Source: an uncultured virus (IMG/VR IMGVR_UViG_3300002220_000736)
Lineage: Duplodnaviria > Heunggongvirae > Uroviricota > Caudoviricetes
Virus record (IMG/VR): IMGVR_UViG_3300002220_000736
DNA: 64,000 bases
Strand: one strand, 5' to 3'
The notes under the pieces are model-generated. The model was not told the origin of the DNA. It did not search any database and saw only the letters and a list, made by a program, of their open reading frames with translations. The first letter of the stretch is position 1, and each line of letters starts with the position of its first letter. This document shows positions 37,755 to 48,023 of the stretch, in pieces. The translations under genes and the position numbers were made by a program.

Positions 37755-37967
37755 ATGAAAACAATTAACCTATCTAAAATTGACAAGTTAACCACGGACG
37801 ATATTCCGGTAATGTTCTGGTACAACGAACTGCTAAAATGTAGAAACGTCATAAAAGAAATGCCGTCAGAGTATTTGTTTCGCAGAATCCTTATGGGGCA
37901 GACTTTAATGGCTTGTTTGGATACGTTACAGATTGAGTTGATGCAAAATCCAATTTATCTGAATTAG
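37755..37967 (+). CDS. Hypothetical protein
   Basis: ORF track. Confidence 0.55.
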   Translation: MKTINLSKIDKLTTDDIPVMFWYNELLKCRNVIKEMPSEYLFRRILMGQTLMACLDTLQIELMQNPIYLN

Positions 37968-37969
37968 TT

Positions 37970-38491
37970 ATGGTTGAACAAGGCTTTTGGAAACCTGAAC
38001 CAAATAAATCAGATATTGTTTACACCCAAAGGAATGTAGGAAAACAAATAATACAATTTTTGCAACCTTCAGGACTTTGCCTTGACCCGTGCAAAGGTGA
38101 CGGGGCTTTTTACAAATATCTGCCTAAAGGTTCTGAGTACTGCGAAATACAAGAAGGATTGGATTTCTTTGATTATAATAAATCTGTTGAATGGGTAATT
38201 GGAAACCCACCGTACAGTATTTTTGAAAAGTTTCTAAAACATTCTTTTGATATTTCTAATAATGTCAGTTATTTAGTTCCTACAAATAAGATATTTCAAC
38301 GTTTGAAGATCATGGGAATGGTAAACGAATACGGAGGAATTAAAAGCATTATTGTTTATGGTTCTGGGCAGAACATAGGTTTTCCATTTGGGTTCAGTGT
38401 TGGTAATTTCCATTTTAAAAAAGGTTTTACCGGAAGAACACAAATTATAATGGGAAATAAAGAATTGCAAAAAGTATTAAAAAATAAGTAA
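37970..38491 (+). CDS. Small amino (N6A/N4C) DNA methyltransferase
   Basis: LDPCKGDGAF, DFF, IGNPPYS. Confidence 0.85.
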   Translation: MVEQGFWKPEPNKSDIVYTQRNVGKQIIQFLQPSGLCLDPCKGDGAFYKYLPKGSEYCEIQEGLDFFDYNKSVEWVIGNPPYSIFEKFLKHSFDISNNVSYLVPTNKIFQRLKIMGMVNEYGGIKSIIVYGSGQNIGFPFGFSVGNFHFKKGFTGRTQIIMGNKELQKVLKNK

Positions 38492-38805
38492 TGGAAATTT
38501 ACGAATTAACCGAAAATCAATTAAAAGCATTCAAGGCTCTAAAAAGTGCTGCAAATAAATGCACAAAGCTAAAAATTGGATTTTTCAATATTTTAGACAC
38601 TACTCATGCTTATAATAAAGATATGATTGAGATTATAGATGTAGATGCAAATTTTGAATTGCCATGCTCCGAATTTGGTTATCCGTATGAAACAATGCCA
38701 ACAATAGGGGGATGTTCTTTTGCTGACGACCAAAATCTACATTCAATTAAACTTACTGCAAAAGGTAGAAAGGTATTCAATTTTGAAAATAATGAAAATG
38801 AGTAA
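38491..38805 (+). CDS. Hypothetical protein
   Basis: ORF track. Confidence 0.6.
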   Translation: MEIYELTENQLKAFKALKSAANKCTKLKIGFFNILDTTHAYNKDMIEIIDVDANFELPCSEFGYPYETMPTIGGCSFADDQNLHSIKLTAKGRKVFNFENNENE

Positions 38806-40189
38806 CGGAGGACACATACACGCAGAAAACATCTGGGACGCTTATACTTTGCTGCACGAAGGAACGCTGGCTTTGGCCGAAGTTGAGCAGCAAGGTATGA
38901 GGGTTGATGTTGATTACATCCTGAAAAAGAATATTTGGATTGACAAGAAAATTGCAAAGCTTGAATCAATCATTTATGAATCAGAGTTTTTTGAAAACTG
39001 GAAGAAGTTTCATAAAGGCAAGGTAAACATTTACAGCCCTGCTCAAATGTCATCTTATTTGTACGATGGTCTTGGAATAAAAATAGCTAAGTCAACTGCA
39101 TCCGGTGGGGGTTCTACTGATGAAGAAGCTTTGGGGGCATTAGGTATTTCCGAACTTGATACGTTTCTGGAAATTAAGAAATTAAAGAAAGTCAAAACAA
39201 CCTATCTGGGTGGGTTCTTGCGTGAACAGGTTGACGGTTTTATTCATCCATTTTACAATTTGCAGTTAGCTGTGAGTTTCCGTTCCAGTTGTTCCGCACC
39301 AAACCTTCAAAACGTGCCAATCAGGGATGAAGAAACGATGAAACTTTGCCGTCAGGCTTTGTATCCAAGAAAGGGGTTTCAGTTGTTAGAACTTGATTAT
39401 TCCCAATTGGAAGTCAGAATTTCAGCTTGCGTAAATAAAGACCCTACATTATTACATTATTTGGAAACAGGTCACGACATGCACAAGGATATTGCAATAC
39501 AAATATTTAATTTAAAAAAGTATGACCCTGAAATACACAGCACACTAAGAAAGTCTGCTAAAAATGGATTTGTGTTTCCTCAATTTTATGGGGATTATTA
39601 TAAAAAGAACGCAAAGCTAATTGCTGAAGGGTGGTGCAAACTTCCTGAAACAGTTTGGAAACGTGGTCAGGGCATTGGTGTAGGGAATCAAAAAGTTTCT
39701 GATATTCTTATTGATGGGGGAATTAATTCTTACACTAAATTTACTAATCACTTGCAGGAAATAGAAGCTGATTTTTGGGGGAACAGGTTTCCTGTGTACG
39801 ATAAATGGAAAGATACTTGGTGGAAAGAATATCAGAAGAATGGTTATTTCCTGTCCAAAACAGGGTTTTTGTTTAAAGGGGTGATGTCAAAAAATGAAGC
39901 ATGTAATTACCCAATCCAATCAAGTGCTTTCCATGTTATGCTTTGGTCACTTATTAAGGCCACGGAAGCATTTAAGAAATACAAAATGAAAACTAGGATT
40001 GTTGGTCAAATCCATGATTCTATTTTGCCAGACACACACCCAAAAGAACGTGAAAACGTTATCGAAATTATGAAACAGATAATGGAAAAAGATGTAAAAA
40101 AGGCTTGGCCGTGGATCATAACTCCATTAAAAGTTGACGTTTCCGTATGTCCTGTTGATGGTAGCTGGGCGGAAAAGAAAGAAATATAA
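38792..40189 (+). CDS. Family A DNA polymerase, polymerase domain
   Basis: PNLQNVP, LDYSQLEVR (motif A), RKSAKNGFVFPQFYG (B), QIHDS (C). Confidence 0.93.
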   Translation: MKMSNGGHIHAENIWDAYTLLHEGTLALAEVEQQGMRVDVDYILKKNIWIDKKIAKLESIIYESEFFENWKKFHKGKVNIYSPAQMSSYLYDGLGIKIAKSTASGGGSTDEEALGALGISELDTFLEIKKLKKVKTTYLGGFLREQVDGFIHPFYNLQLAVSFRSSCSAPNLQNVPIRDEETMKLCRQALYPRKGFQLLELDYSQLEVRISACVNKDPTLLHYLETGHDMHKDIAIQIFNLKKYDPEIHSTLRKSAKNGFVFPQFYGDYYKKNAKLIAEGWCKLPETVWKRGQGIGVGNQKVSDILIDGGINSYTKFTNHLQEIEADFWGNRFPVYDKWKDTWWKEYQKNGYFLSKTGFLFKGVMSKNEACNYPIQSSAFHVMLWSLIKATEAFKKYKMKTRIVGQIHDSILPDTHPKERENVIEIMKQIMEKDVKKAWPWIITPLKVDVSVCPVDGSWAEKKEI

Positions 40190-40190
40190 A

Positions 40191-40914
40191 ATGAAACCAC
40201 ATGAACTCCATAAAATTGTAACAAGCAAAGGGGGTAAGGTGCTTGAACATCGAACAACAATGAAAGGTTTTAACATCGGTGACAAGTTCTCTTTTCAATC
40301 CTTGAAAGGGCCATATACAATAATGTTCTTTTTCAAAGACAAAATATTTGACCACTGCCCTATGATCTTTGGATTAGATGAACGTACAGGTGAATCGTTA
40401 ATGGTTTCTTCAAAGCTTATGGAGATAATAAGAAGTAATAATGAATTAATTAAACGTAAAAGGGGAATTTAATCATGTTAACAGAGGAAAATATTAAGGA
40501 ATTGCAAGAACAGTGTAGGAAAATTACGATGGATTCTTTTTCAAAAAAGAAAAATAAAGGGTATTATCTTATTGGGGAAAAATTGGAATTAAAGCAAGTT
40601 TTTTCTGAATTTGCTTCAGGCATTTTGCAAATTGTTTTAGGCGATCAATCATTAGAAATTACTGGATTTATAGATGGGAATGCTGAACTTTTATCAAACC
40701 GATTTAAAAAGATTTAATCATGGAAAAAACAGTAAATGAAGTTATCGAACTTAAAAAAGATATGGAAAGAAGAATAGAAGGGGAAATAAGATCCTTTGAG
40801 TACACAACAGGAATTAAAGTAAATTCAATTCATTTGGATAATATTGACATTACACTAGTTCATGATTTGGAAAAGAAATTTGCAACAGTAGTCACAACAA
40901 CGGTAATATTATAA
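40191..40914 (+). CDS. Three small hypothetical proteins (40191-40472, 40475-40717, 40720-40914)
   Basis: Coupled ORFs. Confidence 0.6.
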
Positions 40915-40918
40915 GACA

Positions 40919-41830
40919 ATGCTATATCAGAAACATCGACCTAAAACATTTGAGCAGGTTATTGGAAATAAGAGCCTGATCACGACTTTAAAAAACACTT
41001 GCAAAGATACAAGTAAAATCCCACATGCTATTTTACTTGTAGGGGGAACAGGTTGTGGAAAAACCACGTTAGCTAGGATTATAGCTAGTATGCTGGAATG
41101 TAACGCCAACAATCTTATTGAGATCGACACTGCCGTATTCAATGGAATTGACACTGTTCGTGATATTAATAAGAGTTCACAATTTACCCCTTTAGGTGGG
41201 GGTAATCGGGTTTTTATTATTGATGAAGTCCATCGTATGACAGCGGATGCTCAAAACGCTTTCCTAAAAATACTGGAAGATACGCCACCCCACATTTATT
41301 TTATTCTTTGCACCACGAATGAAAACAGTCTTATTCCTACTGTTAGGGGGAGGTGTAGTCGTTATCAGGTTAGTTTGTTGTCAGACAATGAAATGTCTGT
41401 TTTACTTACTTCAGTTTGCAAAAAGGAAAAACAAACAATTGAAACAGAAGTTTTAGACAGTATTATTAAATCAGCACAAGGACATCCACGCAACGCATTG
41501 ACCATACTTGAACAGGTTTTAGCTACTCCGGAAGACAAAAGGTTGAAGGTGGCTGAACGGGCGCAAGAATTGGAGGTTGAAGCGATTGAACTTTGTCGGG
41601 CTTTGCTTGCAAGAAAGCAATGGGGGACTATTTCCAAAATACTCAAAAGCTTAAAAGGTCAGGATGATGCTGAGAGTATTCGTAGAATGGTTCTGGGGTA
41701 TATGTCTTCGGTTCTTTTGAACAAAGAGGATGATCAATGTGCTTTGGTGTTAGAATGTTTTCGGGAACCATTCTACAATACAAATTTTCCAGGATTAGTT
41801 TTGGCTTGTTATCAAGTTTGTAAAGGGTGA
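40919..41830 (+). CDS. Clamp loader ATPase (DnaX/RFC-like)
   Basis: LYQKHRPKTFEQVIG, GGTGCGKTT, IIDEVH, RGRC. Confidence 0.92.
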   Translation: MLYQKHRPKTFEQVIGNKSLITTLKNTCKDTSKIPHAILLVGGTGCGKTTLARIIASMLECNANNLIEIDTAVFNGIDTVRDINKSSQFTPLGGGNRVFIIDEVHRMTADAQNAFLKILEDTPPHIYFILCTTNENSLIPTVRGRCSRYQVSLLSDNEMSVLLTSVCKKEKQTIETEVLDSIIKSAQGHPRNALTILEQVLATPEDKRLKVAERAQELEVEAIELCRALLARKQWGTISKILKSLKGQDDAESIRRMVLGYMSSVLLNKEDDQCALVLECFREPFYNTNFPGLVLACYQVCKG

Positions 41831-41834
41831 AATT

Positions 41835-42089
41835 ATGGACAAAAAGAAATTGGAAGTTGATGAAAACAAGGTGTGGTGTACTATATCACACACTGTTAAT
41901 TTAGGAAATTTTGAAAGCTACAAGTTTGAAGCTGGTTACAGCCAAACACTTGAAGGGGACGATCCAATAGAAATGTTGGAAGAAATGCAAGAATCTCTAA
42001 GACTATTTGTTGTGGAAAAAGCACAAAGAGTTAAGCAGGGTATTGATGCAATTGATGAATTGAAAATAAAAAAGAAACGTAAATTTTAA
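41835..42089 (+). CDS. Hypothetical protein
   Basis: TVNLGNFES motif. Confidence 0.65.
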   Translation: MDKKKLEVDENKVWCTISHTVNLGNFESYKFEAGYSQTLEGDDPIEMLEEMQESLRLFVVEKAQRVKQGIDAIDELKIKKKRKF

Positions 42090-42107
42090 TAACTTAAATC
42101 ATTTATT

Positions 42108-42608
42108 ATGTCATACGAAAGAGATATGGCCATAGACGTCACGGCACTTGACGTGGAATGGGTGGAACAAGCCGAACTTGCTATGAAATATGGCAGGTTG
42201 TGGGCGGATGCACAGGATGCTTTGGAAAGGGCTAACGAAACAGTAAAGCTTACTAAAGCAGAACTTACAGTAAAGATCAATGAAAAACCTGAGAAGTATC
42301 TAGGTGAAGGAACAAAGGTTACAGTAGCCAATGTTGAAGCTTGTATTATGAATCACGATGATTATAAAAATGCACGTGAAGAGTGGCTATCAGCTATGAA
42401 AGAGGCTAACCTGTTAGCTGTTGCTAAAAACGAGATTTCCTTTACACGTAAATCGGCTTTAGAAAATCTGGTAACACTTCACGGACAGAATTACTTTGCA
42501 GGGCCTAGTGTTCCACGAAACCTGAAAGAGAAAATGGAGCAAAGGAAAGAAACAAGAAATTCCGCAAAGGAAAGTGCAAATAAAAGAATAAGAAAAATTG
42601 AACGTTAA
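42108..42608 (+). CDS. UvsY-like recombination mediator
   Basis: Helical; KVTVANVEA...RKSALENLV; upstream of SSB and RecA. Confidence 0.55.
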   Translation: MSYERDMAIDVTALDVEWVEQAELAMKYGRLWADAQDALERANETVKLTKAELTVKINEKPEKYLGEGTKVTVANVEACIMNHDDYKNAREEWLSAMKEANLLAVAKNEISFTRKSALENLVTLHGQNYFAGPSVPRNLKEKMEQRKETRNSAKESANKRIRKIER

Positions 42609-42628
42609 TTTTTAAATTTTATTAAATT

Positions 42629-44104
42629 ATGGCAAAAGTAAAAAGTCGTGTGGGTAGTTTTCGTGGAAAAGTATCCGCTAACACAGCAAAAAGAAAACAA
42701 GGCGGAAGCTTCAGCTACCTTGCACCGCCTAAAGGGGTTGAGGTATTTGTACCGGAAGCAGACAATCAGTATGTAGTTGACTTTATGGTTTATCAGGTTT
42801 CTATCAAAAATCACCCTGATAGGGATGATAAAAATGGAGTCGCTATCAAAGGTGAATACTGGTACAAACTACCATTCAAAGTTCACCGCAATGTTGGTGT
42901 AAGAAATGAGAAAGTTGTTTGTCCCCAATCGTTCGGTAAGCCTTGTCCAATTTGTGATTACAAAGCTGATTTGAAAAAGAACGATGGTGACGAAGATGAA
43001 ATTAAAGGTCTGAACACAAGCGAAAGAAACCTGTACGCTTTGCGTTTGCCATTGGACAAAAAGAACAAAGGCAAAAATTTTATATACGATGCTTCTGATT
43101 ACATGTTTCAGGAAGACTTTGAATCACAGTTAAAACGTGACGATCGCTGGGAAACATTTATTCACCCATCTGAAGGTTGTTCAGTTAAACTGACGTTTGA
43201 TGAAGACAGTTTCGCAGGTCACAAATTTGCAAAAATCACACGATTTGATTTTGAAGCACGTGTGAAACAGTACGAGGATGATGTTCTTGATGAAATTCCA
43301 ATTTTGGAAGAATGTCTTACTGTTCTTTCCTACGACCAGTTAAAAGCTAAGTTCTTTGAAGCAGGGGAAGAAGATGACGAGGAAGAGGATGAAAAACCAG
43401 CAAAGAAAGCAGCCAAACCAACAGCTAAAAAACCTGCTCCGGTAGAAGACGAGGAAGAGGATGAAGATGAAGAGGATGAAGAGGATGAAGAAGAGGAAGA
43501 AGAGGAAGAAGAAGAGGAAATTGATCTTTCTGAGGACATTGAATCTTGTAAAAAAGTTTCAGAGTTACTTACAATTGCAACCGAAAATCCTGATGTTTTC
43601 AAAAAACACATGAAAACATTGAAAACTTTCGACAAAGCTTCCAAATTGAAAGCAGCGATGCTTGAAATCATTGCACCGGAAGAGGAGGAAGAAGACGAGG
43701 AGGAAGAAGACGAGGATGATGGAAGAGAAGACATTATTTTGGAAATAAATGAAGCTTCAAATATTTCTGAATTACTTGCCATTGTAAAAGCAAATCCACA
43801 ATACTACAAAGCACATCTGAAAGAACTTCGTGAGTTCGTGAAAGTCAAAACAATGAAAGCACGGATGATCGAACTGCTTAACGATGATCTCCCTTTTGAT
43901 ACGAAGGAAGCTGAAAAGACACCTTCTAAAAAACAAGAAGTCGTATCACGCAAAAGACGAACAGAAGAAGAACCTAAAAGTTCTAAAGTAGAAACGGGCA
44001 AATGCCCACACGGTCACAAGTTCGGAGTAGACAACGATGAATATGATGAATGCGATGCTTGTGAATTATGGAAAGAGTGCTATAAAAAATCAAAGGAAAA
44101 ATAG
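42629..44104 (+). CDS. gp32-like single-stranded DNA-binding protein with long acidic tail
   Basis: VHRNVG...VVCPQSFGKPCPIC Zn site; acidic tracts; terminal CPHGH...CDAC...C. Confidence 0.8.
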   Translation: MAKVKSRVGSFRGKVSANTAKRKQGGSFSYLAPPKGVEVFVPEADNQYVVDFMVYQVSIKNHPDRDDKNGVAIKGEYWYKLPFKVHRNVGVRNEKVVCPQSFGKPCPICDYKADLKKNDGDEDEIKGLNTSERNLYALRLPLDKKNKGKNFIYDASDYMFQEDFESQLKRDDRWETFIHPSEGCSVKLTFDEDSFAGHKFAKITRFDFEARVKQYEDDVLDEIPILEECLTVLSYDQLKAKFFEAGEEDDEEEDEKPAKKAAKPTAKKPAPVEDEEEDEDEEDEEDEEEEEEEEEEEIDLSEDIESCKKVSELLTIATENPDVFKKHMKTLKTFDKASKLKAAMLEIIAPEEEEEDEEEEDEDDGREDIILEINEASNISELLAIVKANPQYYKAHLKELREFVKVKTMKARMIELLNDDLPFDTKEAEKTPSKKQEVVSRKRRTEEEPKSSKVETGKCPHGHKFGVDNDEYDECDACELWKECYKKSKEK

Positions 44105-44105
44105 T

Positions 44106-44477
44106 ATGTCAAACATATTATCATCTTTTCCACAGAAAAGAAAAAGAAAAATAGTTGTCGGATTTATGGGGACTTTTGTCCCCAAAAGTCTGGCAGACTA
44201 TGTCACCCTTTTTAGTAATGCTTTAGGGGTGACAAAAATAAGCATTATGCAAGAACTTCTGGGCGGTTGGGTTAAGGAACACTCTGTTGAATTTCCAACC
44301 AGCCTATTAGAACAAATGGTTGCTGGTAATGCGTGGGAAGCTTGGAATCGAATGGAGGGGACAAGTTTTGAAACTTTCTTAAAACTACTTCAATTTGAAC
44401 TGAAAAAGAAAAAACTGGAGCCAGCAGTAGTCGGGCGAATCATTCAACTTGTACAAGATGAAAAGAACAAGGGTTAA
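44106..44477 (+). CDS. Hypothetical (possible ribbon-helix-helix) protein
   Basis: FMGTFVPKSLADYV...KISIMQELL. Confidence 0.55.
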   Translation: MSNILSSFPQKRKRKIVVGFMGTFVPKSLADYVTLFSNALGVTKISIMQELLGGWVKEHSVEFPTSLLEQMVAGNAWEAWNRMEGTSFETFLKLLQFELKKKKLEPAVVGRIIQLVQDEKNKG

Positions 44478-45513
44478 ACAACCTGATTTGGGAAAACAAA
44501 TAAAAAATCATACAAAAAAGAAGGCAGAAGAATTGACATTCACAGCGTATGATGGAAATTTTGAACATGTCACATCCACAGGTTCAACTCTTTTAAATCT
44601 AGCCATTAGCGGAAACCGTGTTAGGGGTGGGGGTATTCCATCTGGAATAATGCTTGTTGCTTATGGCCCTAGTCAAAGTGGAAAAACAGCATTGTTAAGT
44701 CAGATAGCTGGAAGTATCTTAAATGATGGGGGTGAGGATTTCTTTAACGATCCGGAAGCACGATTAGATCAAGAATTTTCATCTATGTTTGGGATGCACT
44801 TGTCTGAAGAAAATTATGCAACGCCGGACACAGTAACTGAAGTTTTCAAAAATCTAAGAGAATGGAAACCTAAAGATGCTGACGCTGTTAATGGGTTTTT
44901 TACTGATTCTTTGGCTGCACTTTCTACTGACATGGAAATGAATAGCGAAGATGGTGATAAAATGGGTGGAAGAAGGGGTAAAGAGTTTTCTGAATCTTTG
45001 AGAAAACATGCAAGACTTATTAAAAATAAAAACTATATTTTTGCATGTTCTAACCAAATAAGGGATAAAATGAACGCCATGCAATTTGAATCCAAAGTTG
45101 AATTTCCCGGTGGAAAGGCTTTGTGGTTCTACTCTTCAGTTGTTATACGGTTTAACAATCCGCAAAAAATAAAAACCAAAGTAAAAATAAATGGAAAGGA
45201 AGAGTTTCGCATAACTGGTATTGAGGTTGAAGTTATTGTAGAAAAGACAGTGGACACCCCTTATCGCAAAGCCCCTTTAATCATTACCTTTGGCTATGGT
45301 ATTGATGATATTCGTGCCAATCTTGAATTTGTAAAAAAATACAAGAAACAAACAACCTACTGCGTAAAAGGTGAAAGTGTTGGCGTAGGACTTGAAAAAG
45401 CGATTGTTCATGTAGAGCAAAACAATCTTGAAACTGCACTACAAAATGAAACAATTGATTTATGGGAAAAAATTGAAAAAATGTTTACCGTTAATCGTAA
45501 AAAGAAGCAGTAA
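44458..45513 (+). CDS. recA: RecA/UvsX-like recombinase
   Basis: STGSTLLNLA, YGPSQSGKT, DSLAAL, NQIR, PGGKALWFYSS. Confidence 0.92.
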   Translation: MKRTRVKQPDLGKQIKNHTKKKAEELTFTAYDGNFEHVTSTGSTLLNLAISGNRVRGGGIPSGIMLVAYGPSQSGKTALLSQIAGSILNDGGEDFFNDPEARLDQEFSSMFGMHLSEENYATPDTVTEVFKNLREWKPKDADAVNGFFTDSLAALSTDMEMNSEDGDKMGGRRGKEFSESLRKHARLIKNKNYIFACSNQIRDKMNAMQFESKVEFPGGKALWFYSSVVIRFNNPQKIKTKVKINGKEEFRITGIEVEVIVEKTVDTPYRKAPLIITFGYGIDDIRANLEFVKKYKKQTTYCVKGESVGVGLEKAIVHVEQNNLETALQNETIDLWEKIEKMFTVNRKKKQ

Positions 45514-45770
45514 TGTTAATCAAATACTACGTTGCACAGGAAAATGAAAAAGGGGAAAAACGAAACAAGTTCCTATTTCAAGAAGACAGGACTTTACTTT
45601 TTGCAGGAATGGTTGTAAAGTTCAAAAGACTTTCCTATCAAATCATGTATTTTCAACTATTCCATGCCTATGTTGATGTTGTTTGTCACGAATTAAAAAT
45701 AAAAAATGAAAAGAACGAGAAAATTACAACCTCCGGAGATTCTGAAGACATCGGAAGTTTTGAACAATGA
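45513..45770 (+). CDS. Hypothetical protein
   Basis: ORF track. Confidence 0.5.
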   Translation: MLIKYYVAQENEKGEKRNKFLFQEDRTLLFAGMVVKFKRLSYQIMYFQLFHAYVDVVCHELKIKNEKNEKITTSGDSEDIGSFEQ

Positions 45771-46257
45771 AGAGACAGAACAAAGTTGGGGAGGTATCGA
45801 CAACGGCGTCACTGGAGGTATCACCATTTTATCACGAAATGGCACAGTGATTGTTCATGAAAAAACACCTGTAAAAAAGTGCCTGAACTACACCAAAAAG
45901 AAAGCATTTATAAACCGGATTGATTTTGATAAGTTTAAAGAGTTAATCCTTCAGGCAGGGTCAAATACACACTTTCTGATTGAACGCCCGATGGTGAACC
46001 CTAAAAGGTGGGTTGCTTCTGTTTCAGCACTTCGTTGCATGGAAGCTACTGAAATTATATTTGAACAACTCCAAATCCCTTACGAGTGGGTTGATAGTGG
46101 TGAATGGCAAAAGAAACTACTCCCATCTGGGTTAAAAGGTGAAGCTGAATTAAAGTTGGCTGCGTCCGAGGTCACAAAACGCCTGTATCCACGATTGAAA
46201 ATACACAACGCTGATTGTTTGTTAATCGCTTTACATTGTAAGAATAAAAAATCGTAA
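45706..46257 (+). CDS. RuvC-like Holliday junction resolvase
   Basis: GIDNGVTGG, LIERP, WQK, ADCLLIA. Confidence 0.8.
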   Translation: MKRTRKLQPPEILKTSEVLNNEETEQSWGGIDNGVTGGITILSRNGTVIVHEKTPVKKCLNYTKKKAFINRIDFDKFKELILQAGSNTHFLIERPMVNPKRWVASVSALRCMEATEIIFEQLQIPYEWVDSGEWQKKLLPSGLKGEAELKLAASEVTKRLYPRLKIHNADCLLIALHCKNKKS

Positions 46258-47369
46258 TGAGAATACTTCTAGTTTCCTTAATGTTATTAGTTTGTACAAT
46301 GGTGTTTCCTAATCCACGAAACAAATACCATTATCGTCCTGCCCCAAAAACAGGGGAAATTGTATGTGTTGCAGGATTATTAACAGTAGCAACAGGGGCT
46401 GCACTGACAAAAGATTGTAGTGATGATTTTAAGCAATCTATGGTTTTTGTTGGATTGGGAATGTGTGTTACCGGAATTATTATTGACCTTGATGGTCATA
46501 AGAAAGGTAAACGGAAAAATAACAAGCGTTTGTTTGCAACAGGCAGCAGAATTGGAGTAACATTACGTTTTTAATTGTTCAAAATGAATAAATATTTCAG
46601 AGTTCAAGTGATTGGTGAAACCTTAAATGGGGTTCACGTAGGTGGTGTCCATATTATTCGTGGAATTTCTGAAGAAGATGTCATACGAATACAAGCTAAG
46701 TTTAAAATAAGTGCATCAATGGGGGCAGAAGGTTCTTTTAGAATAATATGCAAAAGCATGAATCCTGATTGGGGTATGAACTCACACCCAATACACCATG
46801 ATGACTTTATGCGAAAGTTAGATATGCAAACTTTGATAAAAAGAAGAAAAGGCATAGGAGGTTTCGTTTGGTTTGAAGATGAAAAAGGTAACCTACAAAA
46901 AGAAACATAATGGATTCTGAGTATATTGTTCCTAAATTACTTGAACTGAGCAAATTGATGTACAGCCCTACGGGTGAACCGTTTGCTAAGTACAGTAAAC
47001 AAAGAGATTTGTATATCTTCGGGTGTATTCGACCATTTGGTGAAGTTGTTAAAAATGTAGTTCATAAAAGTGTTGCAATTTATCTAGTAGGTATCACAGA
47101 AACAAAGAAACAAAATGACAATAGAAAAAAGTAAATCAGTAGGTATTCAACTTTGTGAAATATTTGGTTTTGACCCTACAAAAGTATCCTGTCTTTCACT
47201 ACACGTACCAGCAGATAGTATCGTTTATTTAGACGTGACGCATATTGTGTATCAAAAAGAAATGAAAAAAGTTGTTGAACTTTTGAAGGGATACCGATTA
47301 GAGAGAACTGACACAACTTCTGAAATTAAAGGAACAGACAGTAATGACTTTAGAACTTTTGAAATATGA
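46257..47369 (+). CDS. Four small hypothetical proteins (46257-46574 membrane/secreted, 46575-46910, 46910-47134, 47115-47369)
   Basis: Coupled ORFs. Confidence 0.55.
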
Positions 47370-47390
47370 TAATCAAGGTAGAAATTAAGT

Positions 47391-48023
47391 ATGAAAATAA
47401 TAAAAAGGAAAAGAGGGGTTATTCATTACTGTAAATGCGGTTGTGGTGGGGTTGTTTCCTTTTATAGGGGGAAGCCAAGAGATTTTATACAGTATCACCA
47501 TATTCAAACAGAAAGTAATAAAAAAATCCACGCTGAACGAATGCAAGGGAATTTATTGTTCAAAGGGAAGAAACACACTAAGGAAGCAAGACAAAAAATA
47601 TCAATAAGTCAAACTGGTAAAAATAACTCCATGTGGTGTGGGGGTATTGGAATAGCCAGTGGGGGGTATAGAATGGTGTACATGCCAGAACATCCCTTTT
47701 CAGATATCAACGGTAAAGTACATGAAGAAAGAATGGTAATGGAAAAAGTTCTGGGTAGATTCTTACTCCCTTATGAAACAGTTCACCACATAAATCACAT
47801 AAAAACGGATAATGAGATTTGTAATTTACAAGTAATGTCAAGAAAAGAACACAGACAATTACATAATCGTTTAATGTGGGAAACAAGAAGTCATTTATTG
47901 TCAGAAAAAATTAAAAAAAGAATGAGTGATAGTCATAAAGGAATTAAACCATCTGATGAAACTAAGCTAAAAATGAAACATTCTGCAAAACTTATTTGGG
48001 AGAAAAGGAGGTCATCATGTTAG
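47391..48023 (+). mobile_element. Free-standing HNH homing endonuclease with NUMOD3 repeats
   Basis: VHHINHIKTDNEICNL; KHTKEARQKIS and SDETKLKM. Confidence 0.88.

Noticed and set aside
13274..37967. Shared C-terminal LN* in small ORFs (ICLN* at 13360, IYLN* at 37967)
   Set aside because: Only two instances, too few to claim a motif
37104..38791. Group I intron or split intein joining the polymerase halves
   Set aside because: The gap is fully occupied by ORFs, with no intein terminal motifs and no room for an intron core
31952..43782. Poly-Ser and Phe-rich minus-strand ORFs (e.g. 31963-32286, 43330-43782)
   Set aside because: Reverse complement of GAA/GAT acidic tracts, not genes
18340..47965. 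Other CTGATGA heptamers (e.g. ~18344, ~39116, ~47953) as hammerheads
   Set aside because: They lie inside CDSs, and I saw no accompanying stems with a GAAA/NUH arrangement
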